A stretch of DNA of 63,449 nt, filler included. It is 8 parts of 8 records of this genome, joined end to end, with 100 filler letters (N's around TTAATTAATTAA, not from the genome) between each part and the next. Parts side by side here need not be neighbours in the genome. Positions count along the whole stretch, not along the records: positions 10,686 to 18,095 come from SRR7504441_5464; positions 18,196 to 24,701 come from SRR7504441_5467; 6 more parts are not named here. The stretch is one strand, 5' to 3'. Below are positions 11,013 through 24,100 of the stretch, piece by piece (position 1 is the stretch's first letter; each line of letters opens with the position of its first letter). The notes beneath the pieces were generated by a model that had not been told where the DNA came from, ran no database searches, and worked only from the letters and a program-made list of their open reading frames with translations. Position numbers and translations under genes: made by a program.

Positions 11013-12014
11013 ATGAGCGCGCGGAAGCGGGCGCGGGAACCGGAGTCGGACGATATGGACTCGGACGAGCGGGAGGCACTGGAGGCGTTCGCGGCGGAGG
11101 GGTTTGACCCGGAGCTCGAGCAGCAGGAGGCCGCCGCCAGGGAGCAGGCCGAGGCACGAGCCGACCAGCTGGCCGCTGAACGCGCCCTGGCCGAGAAGGA
11201 ACAGGAAGCGCGGCGACAGGCCGAGCGGCTGGAGGAGCTGGCCAAGGCACAGCGGCCGCCGGCGCCCCACCCGAGGGTGTTTATGGACCTAACGGTGGCC
11301 GACTATGACAGCAAAGCCGACCCGGCGCCGCTGGGTCGGCTGGTATTCGAGTTGTTTATTAACAGCACCCCGCGGACAGTGGAAAACTTCCGGGCGCTGT
11401 GCACGGGGGAGGCCGGGTTCTCGCGGGCGAGCGGGGTCAAGCTGCACTATCAGGGCTCGCTCTTTCACCGGATCGTACCTGGGTTCGTTGTCCAAGCGGG
11501 CGATCTGGTGCTTCGGAAAGACGGGTGCGCCAGCGCTGGCTGGGGGGGAGCTGGCCGGCAGGGTGGTGACGGACGGACTGGCTGAATCGATATTTGGAGG
11601 TGCGTTTGAGGATGAGAGCTTTACGTACAAACACAGCGAGCCGGGAGTGCTGTCGATGGCTAATGCTGGCGCTGATACCAACACGAGCCAGTTTTTCGTC
11701 ACGCTAGGGCCAGCGCCGCATTTGGACAACAAGCATGTGGTGTTTGGGCAGCTTGTCAATGGAATGGAGGTGTTGAGGAAGATTGAAAAGTACGGTCGGA
11801 AAGAAGGCGAGTCGGCTGTTGGGATTTAGTTTGGATTATGTAATAGTTATGGCTAGATCGGGGCGCAATGACCCTAGTTGTTGCAGGGGATCCTCGGGCC
11901 AGGGTGGCGATTGCCCGATGCGGAGAAATATCGACTAACGGCAACGAAATTAGAACAAACCAAGTTACGACGGGAGCAGAGGTGCTGAAAAAGAAGAAGT
12001 TCATCCGACAATAA
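11013..12014 (+). CDS. cyclophilin-type peptidyl-prolyl isomerase with acidic coiled-coil N-terminus
   Basis: [61 protein letters not shown]; introns 11525-11561 (GT-AG) and 11807-11886 (GC-AG) restore [15 protein letters not shown]. Confidence 0.92.
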
Positions 12015-12252
12015 TGCTCCCATTACAAGTAATAATTAATGCGCATGCTCCATTTCAATTGAGTACCTAAAGAGCTCGTACATTACTCGTACATGTGTAC
12101 AATGATACATTCGTTTAGTTATTTTCTCGTCTAGATAATTTTACGACTGAATTGTGATTGATCAATTAGTGATCAATCTTGTGGAAGGCGGGAAGATTCC
12201 CTAGATACTCGTAAGTTTGGAGCCGTGACCCAACCAGTGCAATGCAACATTC

Positions 12253-15200
12253 TCACGAATCGAAGAACTCGAGCTGCGCATAAAACTCCGCGTCGCTTAA
12301 CTCTCCCGTCTCCCGCATAAAGTACTCAACAAACTCCTGCTGCGAAACCTTGCCGTCGCCGTTTGCGTCAACTAGTTGGAACTCGTTCACCATCGAGTCG
12401 AGCTCGGCGTCGCTCATTTCGAGCTTCATCTTGATCCCAAACTTTTTGAAATACTCCCTCACTTCGCCCGCGTCCAAATACCCGTCGTGGTCCAGGTCGT
12501 GCCGCTTGAACATGTTGGAGAAGATCACCACGCGGTCGCCCTCTGAGTAAACATCAAACTCGTCGACAGCACTCACGAAGATTGCGTCTTCCACATTGTC
12601 AAACATCTCGAGCAGCACCGTGATGAACTCTTCCTCCGTGATCCGGCCGTCCCCGTTCTTGTCCACAAACTGGAACTCCGAGACCGCGTACGTCATGTCC
12701 TGTTAACACAGTTAGCCCAATCAGGAAGGTGCAGTTACCTCCTCACGGATCCCCATCTCAAACTTGGCAGCCAGTTTCCGAACGTAGTCCTTTAGCTCAA
12801 ACGCCTCAACCACGCCGGAGCCGTCAGTGTCCATCTTCCAGAAGAGCGTGCGCAGCCTGCGAGCCCGAGCACCGTACGATGCGGTGTCGCAGAAGTCCAG
12901 GTAAGCCAAGAAAATCTCGTCCTCAATGTCAGCATGCGCCTCCATGAAATACTGAACAAACTGTTCCTCACTCACCGGTGCGCCCTTGAACGCGGCCACT
13001 GCGACCTCCACGTCGTCGCCCGACATCACCTTGCGGAACTTTGCGGCCAGGCGCTTGATGTAGCTCTCCAGTTCGGCGCTCGATATCCGGCCGGACGTGT
13101 CAACGTCGATCCGACGGAAGAGTGCGACCAGCCGGGCCTTTCTCACCTCCTGCTGGAGCGCAGACGGGGCCAGGCCGCTGGTGAATCCGGCGGCGCACTC
13201 GGCAACGATCCGGACAAATTTCTTGTAGTCGATGCACCCTTGAGGGTCGAGCACAGCGTCGAGGCAGACGGTCTCGACCTGCAGGTTGGACCATCCACAC
13301 TCGAGCAGCGCAAGCTTGACGTCGCTCAGCTTGAGCCAGCCGCTCTTGCCCTGGTCCAACTCGGAGAACACCTCCAGGAAGTACTTGCACAGGTGCGCCA
13401 GCCGGCCGCCGCCGTCGATGTACTTTTCGCGGATGTACTCGGTGAGGATGTCACGTGCGAGAGGGACAAACTCATCGTAATTGATCTTGCCGTCTTTGTT
13501 TTTGTCCAGGAATCCCATCAGCGAGTTAATCTCCTTCCGCGTCAGCCCGAAATTGAGCTGGCGCATTGCCTCCATGAACTCTCCCCTGTCGAGCTCCTTG
13601 CTCCCGTCGGTGTCGGCTGCTTCAAACATGTCAAGGATGTTCTGCTCAATCACAGCGGCCGGAGCGTTCTCAAAGAGCACCTCAGTGGCCGCAGCAGCCG
13701 CCTGGTAGATTTGCTCCTGCGAGGCCTCGGCGTCGGCTACCACCTTCATCGTGTCGAACAAGTTGGCCATCAGTGGCACGAACTCATTGTAGTCTATCAG
13801 CCCGTCCGAGTTGGCATCCGCTTCCTCCATCACTCGCCTGATCGCCTTGGTCGACAGCCCGAGCCCTGAGCTGCCGAGCAGGCTGACCATCTCGGACTCG
13901 TCCAGACACCCGCTGTTATCCGCGTCGGCCGCCTGGTACAGCTGGTGCAGATACACGGCCATCTCGTCCGCAGTCATTTGGTTGTACCCTTTCTCCTGCG
14001 GCGGCATGCCACCCCAGAAGCTCCCGGCCATCACGGCACAGATCCGGGCGAACTTGCCGTAGCTGACCATCCCATCCCCGCCGATGGTTGCCTCCGCCAT
14101 GATCGTCTCGACTTGCACAGCTGAGAGCGAAGAGTTTGCCAGCACGTTCCGCACCTAGCGAGGCTGAGCCCCCACACCGCGGCCCAGCCGGCACCTCCGC
14201 AGCCTTGAGTTTGCCAGTAGCCACGCCCGCCAGCCCTTCGTCCGCCGCCACAAACTTGCGGGTGAAGTGATCAGTCAGCACGCGTGTCCGCTGCCCGGAA
14301 CCCCTGCAGTAGCAGCACTCTTGAGCTGGACCGGCCAGGTGGCTCACCTGTCGATCAGTTTGTCGTGCGCTGTAGCCACCAACTGCTCAATCGCCACCGG
14401 CAGGAACTCCTCGTACGAGATGACCCCGTCCTTATTGGCATCGGCCTGCGCCATGATATAAAGGATCTCCTTACGAGTCATGCCCATGTCCATCGCCCGA
14501 ACGCACTCGAGGAACTCTGACCGTTCGAGAGATCCCGAGTTGTCGGTGTCGTACGCCTGGAAGATCTGGAGCGCGGCCTCCTCGAGCTCTTCAACGGTCA
14601 TGCCCTCCAGGATGTACTTGCGTGCCAGCTCCCACGCCTCTTGGTCCTCGTCTTCGGCCACGCAGAGCGATTCCTCGAGTGCCTGGACAGACTGGATGAT
14701 GTCCACCATCACCGGCACAAACTCCTCGAACTGGATCATCCCGTCGTCGTTGATGTCGGCCTCTTCCATGATCCGCCGCACCGCCGAGTTACTCAGGCTC
14801 AGATTACACGCACGAAGCAGCTGCAAGAACTCCCGCGAGTCCAGCACCCTGCCCCCGCACGCTCGCCCCTGCGGCCCGGGCCCGGCGCACCCGGAGGCGT
14901 TCACGTCGGCCTGTCGGAACAAGTTCTGGAACATGGTGCTCTTCTCGTCGGTGGACATCGACTCAAGCCGCGGGATCGGCCCGCCCCACACTCCGACATC
15001 GGCCGCCGCGCGATCAGAGTCGACCACACGGGGGCCAACAGCCATCCAGTTCATCTGGCAGCCGCCGCGAGTGGCATCGACGCCCGCAAAGCTGAGCGCG
15101 GACGCCGTGAAGCCGTCTTTCCGCACCCGGCTGTGACCTGCACCGCAGTCAGCCCCTGGGCAGTCGGCAGCGAACCGTTGTCGCCGGTGCCGATTACAAA

Positions 15201-15727
15201 CGAGCAATGGTCTTGCGAGGAGGCGAACACGCTGGGCGGCACCCGGTAGTTCCGGGGGTACTCCACATCCACCGCCGCCGGGGCCGCGCCGGGGGGGACA
15301 TCGGTCAGCCCCCAGGAGATGCACGCCCCGTCCAGGAGCATGTAGCCCTCCTCCTCGCTCACCCGCAGCCGCTTCCGCTGGACGTCCAGCGCGGTGTGCA
15401 CCTGGCCCACCTGCCCCCAACCGCTCGCAAGAGCACAGCCCGGCTGCCGACCTCCCGCCGGAGCTCCTCCGAGAACTCGCGCCGGAGCTCCTCGATGGCG
15501 GTCTGGCGGGCCTCGCGCTCAGCCACCAAGTCGGCCTTCAGGTAACGGACGTCCCTGGGGCTGGCTGAGCGGCCGGGTGCGGGCGGGTCGGACCGGCGAG
15601 CTTCCTTAAGCTCCTTGGCGAGCTGGTCGCAGGTGTTGACCCGGGCGTCCTTCTCGATGGCGAGGTCATCCCGGAGTTCTCTGATGTCCCGCCGGATCGA
15701 CTCGAGCACGTTGAAAGTCAGATCCAT
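12253..15727 (-). CDS. coiled coil + gp53/H-lectin-like domain + long EF-hand array
   Basis: Seven ~38-44 nt introns join the ORF pieces into one frame; many DxDxSG/DxNxDG EF loops; N-terminal GYMLLDGACISWG...VEYPRNY..PPSVFAS...GFTA...MNWMAVG. Confidence 0.75.
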
Positions 15728-15822
15728 TGCACCCTGGGCCAGCCCCGTCACGCAGCGCCCGACCCCGCCGGCACTTACCGAGGAGGCGGCTCCCGAGTGC
15801 TTGCTGCAAACAAACCGCACGA

Positions 15823-15839
15823 TAACGGCAATTCCGTTG
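15823..15839. promoter_or_regulatory. inverted pair of Myb-like elements TAACGG-CAATT-CCGTTG
   Basis: Between divergent ATGs 15727 and 15875. Confidence 0.55.
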
Positions 15840-15874
15840 GCTTGCCTATTCACAGAGGCGAGGCGTGGCGGCAA

Positions 15875-16496
15875 ATGCTGCTCAACCCGACCGAGCGGTA
15901 TGCGTTCATCGTGGAGTCGTGGGACCCGGCCACCCACCTGTTCCGGCGATACCGCCTGGTCTACCACCCCAGCCAGCGGGGCGACCCGGAGATCGAGATG
16001 GTGCCCGGCCGCTCAGGAGCCATCTGATGGTGCTGTGTGCAGTTTGACGCCGAGTGGGGCAAGACCTTTCTCAGGCGGGGGCCGTACAGCCAGATGCACC
16101 TGTCCCAGCTGTATCTGGGCGCCCAGATCCAGGTATACTCGCGCAAGCTAAGGGTGGTCGACTACGGGGATCAGTGGACTCGCGACCAGCTGGCAACTTC
16201 TGTTTTGTCAACAAGGCCGCACAAAACGGGCACCCTACCGCACCCCGCTTCACGTGGCTTCAGCCAATTGGCAGCGGAATGCCATCAACGAGCTGATCGA
16301 TCATGGGTGCTCAATAGAGACGAAAGATAAATACGACGAGACTCCCTTGCATAGAGCTGCGGCATATGGACAGCTCGAATGCTATGGTAGGCTGCGAGTA
16401 CTTGGGGCCGACACTTGGGCTACAAATGACAAAGCCGAAAATGGGCTCGACCGCCTCGCACGTTGTGCTAGAGAACGATTTGTGGAGGACGATTAA
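15875..16496 (+). CDS. DM10-domain protein (NME7-like N-terminus) followed by out-of-frame ankyrin repeats
   Basis: ERYAFIVESWDP...EIEM|FDAEWGKTFLRR...LYLGAQIQVYSRKLRVVDYGDQWT is DM10-like; RTPLHVAS...DETPLHRAA lies in another frame with no clear intron joining them. Confidence 0.6.
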
Positions 16497-16731
16497 GAAT
16501 CGAGCCAATTGATATTGATATGATATAAGTGATCAATATAAGTGATTTTAATGAAATCTTCCTCGATTGATCTAGTCATCTAGATATATCCGTCGGCTCC
16601 AGCCTGCCCTTTGCGTGTAGGCCAAAGTATGGCCAAAAGTGTCTAATATGGCACTCTTGTAGCACTCTTGCGGACAAGTGGCCTTGATTCTGCGTAGTGT
16701 GGCCGTGGATTTCTCTCTCATCCAACACTCA

Positions 16732-17859
16732 TCAACAAATAGAATGTGGCATGTCGCAACCCAAGCTGGGGCAGCAGGTGTACCCGCGACATGAGTAGCA
16801 GTCCTTTGCACCCCAGGGGCCGCTGTGCACGGTGGGCTTGGGGGCAGGTTGAGTGGGAGGTTTGACAACCGGCGGGCTGACCGGCGCCGGTTTGATGACC
16901 GGGCCAGCTGGGGCAGCTGGGGCAGTTGATCCCTCGATGAACTGGCGGACGGCCTTGATGTGCGCCAGGGCCTCTGCCCTAGAGGGCGATCTAGGGATGG
17001 CGGGATCCTGAACAGAGGCCAAGCGGTCACCTACGAGCTTTCCGTGGATGACGTAGGGGATGAGATCGGGATGGGCGGGATCTTGGATGAGCTCGTGGTC
17101 GGCAAGGCGCTGGAGCTCCTCCATAATGCAACCGTCGTTTCCGGGGAAACAATCCATCCCACAGACGTCTCCGATCTGCGTTGAAAATTGACAGGTTAGT
17201 GCTCCGTTGCAGTCGCTGTCTTTCATGCTGGGACACGGGGCGTTCAATGTACCAGGCTCCTGTCGGTCCTTGAAAGGCGGATTGGGCGGCGGGGCTGAAG
17301 CAGCTCCGTAGCTGTAGATCTCCGCGGTCGGCAGATCCTCCTGCGACCCGATCGCATTCGGAGCCCATTCCACCACATCGCATCCGTCCGAGTTCAGTTG
17401 GCAGCTCTTGTCCGTGAACACCGAGATGTGCCTGCACATCGCGTCGGCCTTGCACTTGTTCTTGCAGCAGTCGAGGTCGCACTGGGAGACCTTGGGGCCG
17501 TGGCTCTTGCAGAAGAAGCGGCTCTTGGCGGGGCTGACCAGCTTGAAGACAAAGTCCGCCCGGTTTTGCACCGGATGTGGCTCCGGGGCACTTGCCGATC
17601 CCTCCACGAACTTGCGTACGGCCTCGAGGTCCGCCAAGGCTCCGGCCTTGGAGAGGGTGCCGGGATCCTGGAGGAATGTCGGGGAGGCCGCCCGGGCGGT
17701 CTGCCACCCCGCGCCGAGTCAGCCGAGATGGATCGATAGGATCTAGTGGTTATCAAGCTGGATCGATGAGCATACCTCGGGAATGATCTCGTCCTGGACA
17801 CGGGGGAAGCCGGAGGCGAGGGCGGCGGTTGCGATCAGGAGGATAGCGCGATTAATCAT
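16732..17859 (-). CDS. secreted modular Cys-rich protein
   Basis: Signal peptide MINRAILLIATAALASG, one intron, a PAN/apple-like Cys module, duplicated ALAxxxAVRxFxEGS spacers, Pro-rich linker and C-terminal CYSCRGYTCCPSLGCDMPHSIC. Confidence 0.7.
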
Positions 17860-18195
17860 CTGACCCACGGCCCCCTGGCTCAGCCGGCGACTAGCCTGTG
17901 GTGCGCACCATGGTTGCTATGACGATCAAAGCGGGGCGGCCGTGCTTTTTTCGGCAGGCGGTCAGTCGCTTGTTGAATAGTGCTCGATTCAACGGCAGGC
18001 CTCTGAAAAGAAAAGCGTGCTGTGATCAATGTGTTGGCGCTATGGCGCTATGGCCGAGTTAGCCGAGGTCCAGCGGTTGCCGACCGGCCTTCTCANNNNN
18101 NNNNNNNNNNNNNNNNNNNNNNNNNNNNNNNNNNNNNNNTTAATTAATTAANNNNNNNNNNNNNNNNNNNNNNNNNNNNNNNNNNNNNNNNNNNN

Positions 18196-21100
18196 CGTCT
18201 TTTGATGTGACCTTCAGCTGACCAACTGTGTGTGCTACATCGCAAAGAAGCATGTTATCAAAGTAAGGCACGGTCTCTCGCTTGCCGCCACCCGAAACTT
18301 CAATCATCACATTTTGGTTCTTCAACTCCGGAGGGATCTGCACCCAACTAGTGAACATCTAGCCAGGCAGCCAGGCTTGCACCGTTATGCCGATATCCTG
18401 CTCGTGAATGGCGGGCAGCTTTTGCATGTGAGCAGCCTTGAGGAATGACACGTTCTGCCAGGGCGTCACTCGCCAGACTGTCAGCCAGCCACACACCTGG
18501 TCTGCTTGACTGTCGAGGAAAGGATTCGACGAGAAGAGCAGCTCAAGCTCAATGCGATACCAGCTTACCTGGACCAGCTCCAAGTTCTCAGTGTAGATCG
18601 TCACGTCGCCATCAGTGGCAGCCAGCTGCACCACAGGCTCTGAGGCCACAAGCTTCTCGATCTGACCGTCACGGTCATCGGCAGTTGAAACAGCCTCGGG
18701 TTCTTTTCCGAGCGCCTGGGTAGCTTGGCTCACAATCTCAGTAAACATCTGCTTCCACTCGGTGGGTAGCTGTGCTTTGAGCTGCTCATGCGCAATCTCG
18801 ACGGCCGAATCTAGATCACCCCTGCTGAAGTGCAGATACGCTGTGAGGTAGGCACTTTGCATCTGCATGCCATCGCCAGGTGTGGTGCTGGCAAGTTGAA
18901 GCATCTGCTCGGCCTCAGCCTCTCGGCACTGCAAAAAGAGGTAATATGCCGCTGCCAGAGCATCTGTGCCCGAGAGCGGCAGCTGCTGACCCGCACAACG
19001 CCAAATAAACTTAGTCCACTGGTCACGCAGGCCTTCGTTCATGATGGCCCGCTGCTCGCCAAGCTGATGTGCACGAGCCTGCCAGTGCAATATCCAGTCA
19101 GATGGGCGCACTTGGCAGAAAGGTAACCTGGAAAAGCGGGTAGTACTCACAGTGACTGTACATTCCAAACTGCAGCGGACAGGCGTCAGGACTATGCAAC
19201 AGTGTCGATAGCCAGCCAAGATGAAGCATGGGGGGGCACCTCCTGAGGGTCAAATGTGAGGAGATCTGTCGATATCGGTGCACACTCATTAAGGGACCCA
19301 TACTTGTACTCGACTTCTCTTCTTGAATACCCGAATTTGCACAGATTCTCTGCCAACGCCTGCAGTAACTCTTTTGTGGCTTCAAAATCTGCGTGCATAG
19401 GTGCTTGAGCCCAGATCTCAGGAACAAAGATGTGCCGACCTCGCAGGAGCCCAATCAGCCTGCTAAAGGTTGGTTGGTCGTTCCACAGTTTTGATGCAAC
19501 CAATCTGATGTTGCTTTGCCAGCGCCCCACAGGCTGCTGCTCAATGAACTCAAGCAGTTCTTGTGTTGAGCCGTGCTGGACAATTTGTTGAAAAGATCGC
19601 TCCGAGGCTGGAACAGGAGGCAGCGATTCTACTACTTTGAGTGGCTCGGGTGGCAAAACGCGGCTAACCACCTTCCCATTCTTTGAAACTTGAGGGCCAA
19701 AGCAGGTGTACTCTCCTGCTCGAGGGAAGTAAAAGCAGTTCTCGATTGATGCACTCTCATAGGCGTTCAGAGTCAAGAACTCCGTCTGGAGGACACTTCC
19801 CTTATCACCAAGCGCAATTGCTCCAGCTGGAATTTGAACGAGCGCCGTGAGTGTCTGTCGGACACGGGAGATGTTGGTCACAACAAGCTGGCAACCATAT
19901 GCGCGGTGCCGCAGAAAGTCTCCGGTGTGGTACCTACAGCAGCCTGGTCATCAGATCTACTCTGAGGAAGGCTGTCACTTTTGTGCTGCGTCCTCGTGGT
20001 GCTCTTGACGCCTTTCCGGATCAAAGAATGTCATCCCAGTCATAATCGAAGCATCCAGCTGCCACCAGCACCCAGTCAATCTCAATAGGCCTGTTGCCAG
20101 CTTGGCACCTCTGCTGGCACCGACAGTAATTGCTTGTGGAACACGATGCAAGGTGTCTCTGGACCAATGCTCATCTCTCCGCCTGCACGGGTCCATTCCG
20201 CCGGCGCCTCGAGACTGCTTGGGAGCTGCATTAGCGTAAGTACAGCTGCAATCTCGGAGTAGCCCCTTGCGGCCTCAATAAAGTGCTCTGACACAAACGA
20301 CTCTGAGGTGGCATCCCCTTCCAGGGGGAAACTGCCCATCAGATAGCGTGCCCAGTCGGCCCAGAACCGGCTTGGCCCTATCTCTGGGCCTGTCCTGCTC
20401 CTCCAGTACTGGCTCTCACAGTACGCTTCGGTTTCCCCAACCGAGGTGTACCTGGAACCTCTAGTCCGGGACGGTTTTGGTCGGCTCTTGTGGCTTCCGA
20501 GTTGAGGTAGCGCCTCACTATTTCCCAGCGAGCTCGAGCCAAGGGCAGCGTTAAAGACTTGGCTCATCAGCTGTCCATCGAGCTTGCAGCTCTCACCAGC
20601 CTTTGCAATCCTCTCAAGCCGAGCGTGCAGCAATGCACGATCACCGCCTTGCTTCAATGCAGCTTCGAGAACTAGCAGGGATTGCTGCACATCAAGACCG
20701 CCCCACTTGGAGGGCTCGAGCCATGCGGCCATTGGACGCCCTAGTAAACAGTCATCTATAACTTGGGGCTCAAGCTTGTTCTGCAAATGCGGTGCAACTA
20801 TTAGCTCGAAAAACTGTGGGTCGCGTCGAGCCAGGAAGATGTGCAGCTCATGCGAGGCAAACTTTTCGTAATTTGCATGCTTGCCTGCTTCATCGAGGTT
20901 GTGCCATTCCTTCAATGCAGCTAACAGATCCTGAGCGGGGGTGTGGTTGATGCTGGTCATCACCCGGTGTGCGGCTTCAATTGTGTCGCAAATCTCAGTT
21001 CGGCCACCTTCCATCATTGCGAGCGTCTTGCCTGGTTGGACTGCCGAGACTCTCTCGCACTGTGCAAAGAATTCTGCCTCTGACCCAGTTCCGAGCGAGG

Positions 21101-24100
21101 AACCAAGCGCCAGATCCAAGTGAGGCGCCGCAGAGACAGCAGGAGGGAGAGCAAGCGAAGCATATTCTGAACTGACTCCAGTGACCACCACAACTTGAAC
21201 AAAGCAGCCACCTGAGGCCTGCAGATCTGAGAGAGGAATTCGCACCACATTAGCTTCTGGCTTCAGATTGGTCAACAGGACGGCAGGCTTGTCGTAAAAG
21301 TCAATAGGAGCCAGAGAGGTGGTGCCAGGGGGTCCAAGGGCCTCGCCCGCTGACGTGTGATTTGCTGCAGAACGCCTTCTCATTTGTTTATGTTTACTTA
21401 GAGATCTCAGTGGTGCAGCCGCAGCCCCACTCAGTGTTTCCAGAAGAGATGCAGTTCCCCACTCTTCCTGTGCGTGTGCTGCCTCACGCTGGATGCCTGT
21501 ATGCGTCGTTCTGGACTCAAGGCGATTGATAAGCAGTCGAGGAGGCTTGAGCATATTTCCAGCGGGCATTTGAGCTGCCTCCTCGCGGCGCCGTTGCACG
21601 TATACTTCTTCCTCTCCGAGCATCCTTCCTGAATGATACTTGCACTGGGGGTATGCAGCATCTGATCCACTGACTGTACCACTGGCGTTAGCAGCAGCAA
21701 AGCTTGTGATTAAGTCTTGGCTGCTCTCGCACAGGGCTACCGAGCAAAGCACATGGACCCTGCAACTGCTGTCAACACCATCAAGCTGCACAGCTAGAGC
21801 TTCATTTTGGCATTGGACTGATTTGAGTACTGAAACAGGCTTGTCTGGCTGTAGCTCGATAGAGTGCTGGCCAATCACCAAGCCATTAACAGGCTCAGCG
21901 GCTAATACGTTCACTGATACAGACCGATCCAGTCCTGGAAGCGAGAGTGAGTAAACCCCAACTTGCAGGCCGCTGATTTGAAGCTCGCCCTCAGCATTCG
22001 ATCCCAGACTGTCGAAGAAATCCGTGTTTGTGGCTTCAGAACCGCGTTTGCCTTCTGAGGATTCGTCAAATATCTGCACCAGTCCAAACTCTGCCCGTGT
22101 GATTCCATCTGCAGGAAATGGCCTGGGGAAGGGCACCTTGATCACAGGGTCACTCACCTGGGCGACAATGTCAGCGCCAGCCTTGTGCCCGCCTGGCCAT
22201 TGCCACGAATGCTCTGTGTCCAGATCCCAAGAGTAGCTGCAATGACTGGCAACTTCGATCAAATCTGCTGCCACAGTGACAATGCCTGTAAGCATGCCCA
22301 GATGCACACTGCCAATGTTGTCGCTTGCCACTAATGTAGAGATAGTCCTGTTCAGCATCACATGCTTGAGGCTGATCTGTAGCTTCTGCCCTGGCAACGG
22401 CTCGCCAGTCCTGCCGAGCACAGCAAGCTTGTAGCCGTTGGCGTCCCTGTGAAGATGGAGACCAGCTACGTTGGTCGATCCGGCATCACTACTCACACAG
22501 TAGCTTGCAGTTGAGCTCAGATCGACTGTTGTGCAGCTTCCAGTGCTCTTAGTGACCTTTGCTTTCAGAACTAGGGTTAGACGTATCAGCTGGTTTGGCA
22601 CTACGAAGGGCACAACCGTCTCACAGTCATCTGACAACTCCAAGCCTTCGACAGTCTTGTAGGCTGTCTGTCCCAGTCTATCAGTTGTCGAGATCGCCAA
22701 ACTCGCATTCTCCAGCAAGCTGCACGAAGCTGCTACTCCATTGAGCCTAAGCTTGGGCCTAACGACAACATGTGCAGACTTGGCAGTCACCAGTGCCTCC
22801 CTGGCCACAAAGAGTCCAGCATCCAGCGAGTACTCTTCACCTGCGCGCTGGAACTCTGCCATGACCGCAAGCCCGAGCTGCTTGGAGCTTACCACCACCG
22901 AATTGTGCGACGGACGCTCCGCAAGCGGAATCTGAACAACCCCGTCTTGCGTGCTGTATGGGGTGGTCCCCAGCCAAACAACTGCATCGGGCACCACTGC
23001 GCCCTCATGATCGAGCACAGTGCACTTGTGGCCAGTCTCGTTGGCCACAGACAGCAGCCTCAGGCTGCCCCTCTGGATTAGCGCCCGTGCTGCCTTGTCT
23101 TTGCCCACAACCTCGATCACAAACACACCACATGCAGGCAGCGCCTCAAACCCCTCAAAAGTATGCACCAGCTCCTGGCCTGGTGGGACCTGCTCGAAGC
23201 TGTGCCGTTGGACGTGATTGGGCTCCAGCCCGTCCAGATCAATGTCCAGCCCCACAGGCCGTCCAGCGTTGAGCAGACACCGGGTTGTGTCCACCTGCCA
23301 GCCCAATGTCACTAACCCCACCGACAGGCCCTCACCTCAAACACCCGGACAGTGACGGCCCCCACGTTCTTCAGGAGCACATCCAGCCTGATCGGCGCGC
23401 CCACCTTGATCTGGTCCGGTTGCCAGGGCGCTATTGCAACGTCAGTTTTCTGGATCAAACCAGAGAGTTTTTGCTTGACGTGATCGAGCTCGAGCAGCTG
23501 GTCCGGCACCGGCTGGCCTGCGAGCGTGCGCGCCTCGGCCGCCAGCCACTCGGCCTGCCTGGACTCGAGCAGATGATCGAGAGTCTCGGGCGGACAGACG
23601 GCGTACACCTTCCGCGCGACCTTCTCTATCAGCTCCGTGCCCTGGGCTGAGCTGAGAGTGTGTAGCCCACACGTCCAGCTCCGGCTGTCCTTCGCCTTGC
23701 TCACCTCCACGAATTTGCTCAGCAGCCCCACCGTCGACTGGATCCCACTCGGGCTCTGCAGACTCTCGTACACTGTCGAGCCTGGTGGGCAACGCAGCAT
23801 CAGTCCGAGCAGCTCACCGAGTCCCGCTCTCTGCGCTGCTGCAAACTTGGGCCCGAGACCCGACAGCCTCTGTTCCCACAGTGCCTGCCAGGCCGCCGCT
23901 TCGTCCGCCGGCTCGCAGTGGCCGGGCTTGCAGAGCTCGCCAGTGATGCGTTGCTTCTCCGCTCGGATGAGAGCCGTCACGAACAGCCTGCTCGACATGG
24001 CGCAGGGCAGCACCGCCGCCAGCGCCGCCAGCCGACTGAGCGGGAGCGCGTCCAGGTTGCATTCGGACGCTGTGAGCGTCTCCTCCAGCTGGGCCACCGC

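Noticed and set aside
16729-16734. Cys-TGA-TGA at the end of the secreted Cys-rich protein as possible Sec
   Set aside because: No SECIS-like hairpin seen downstream; treated as tandem stops
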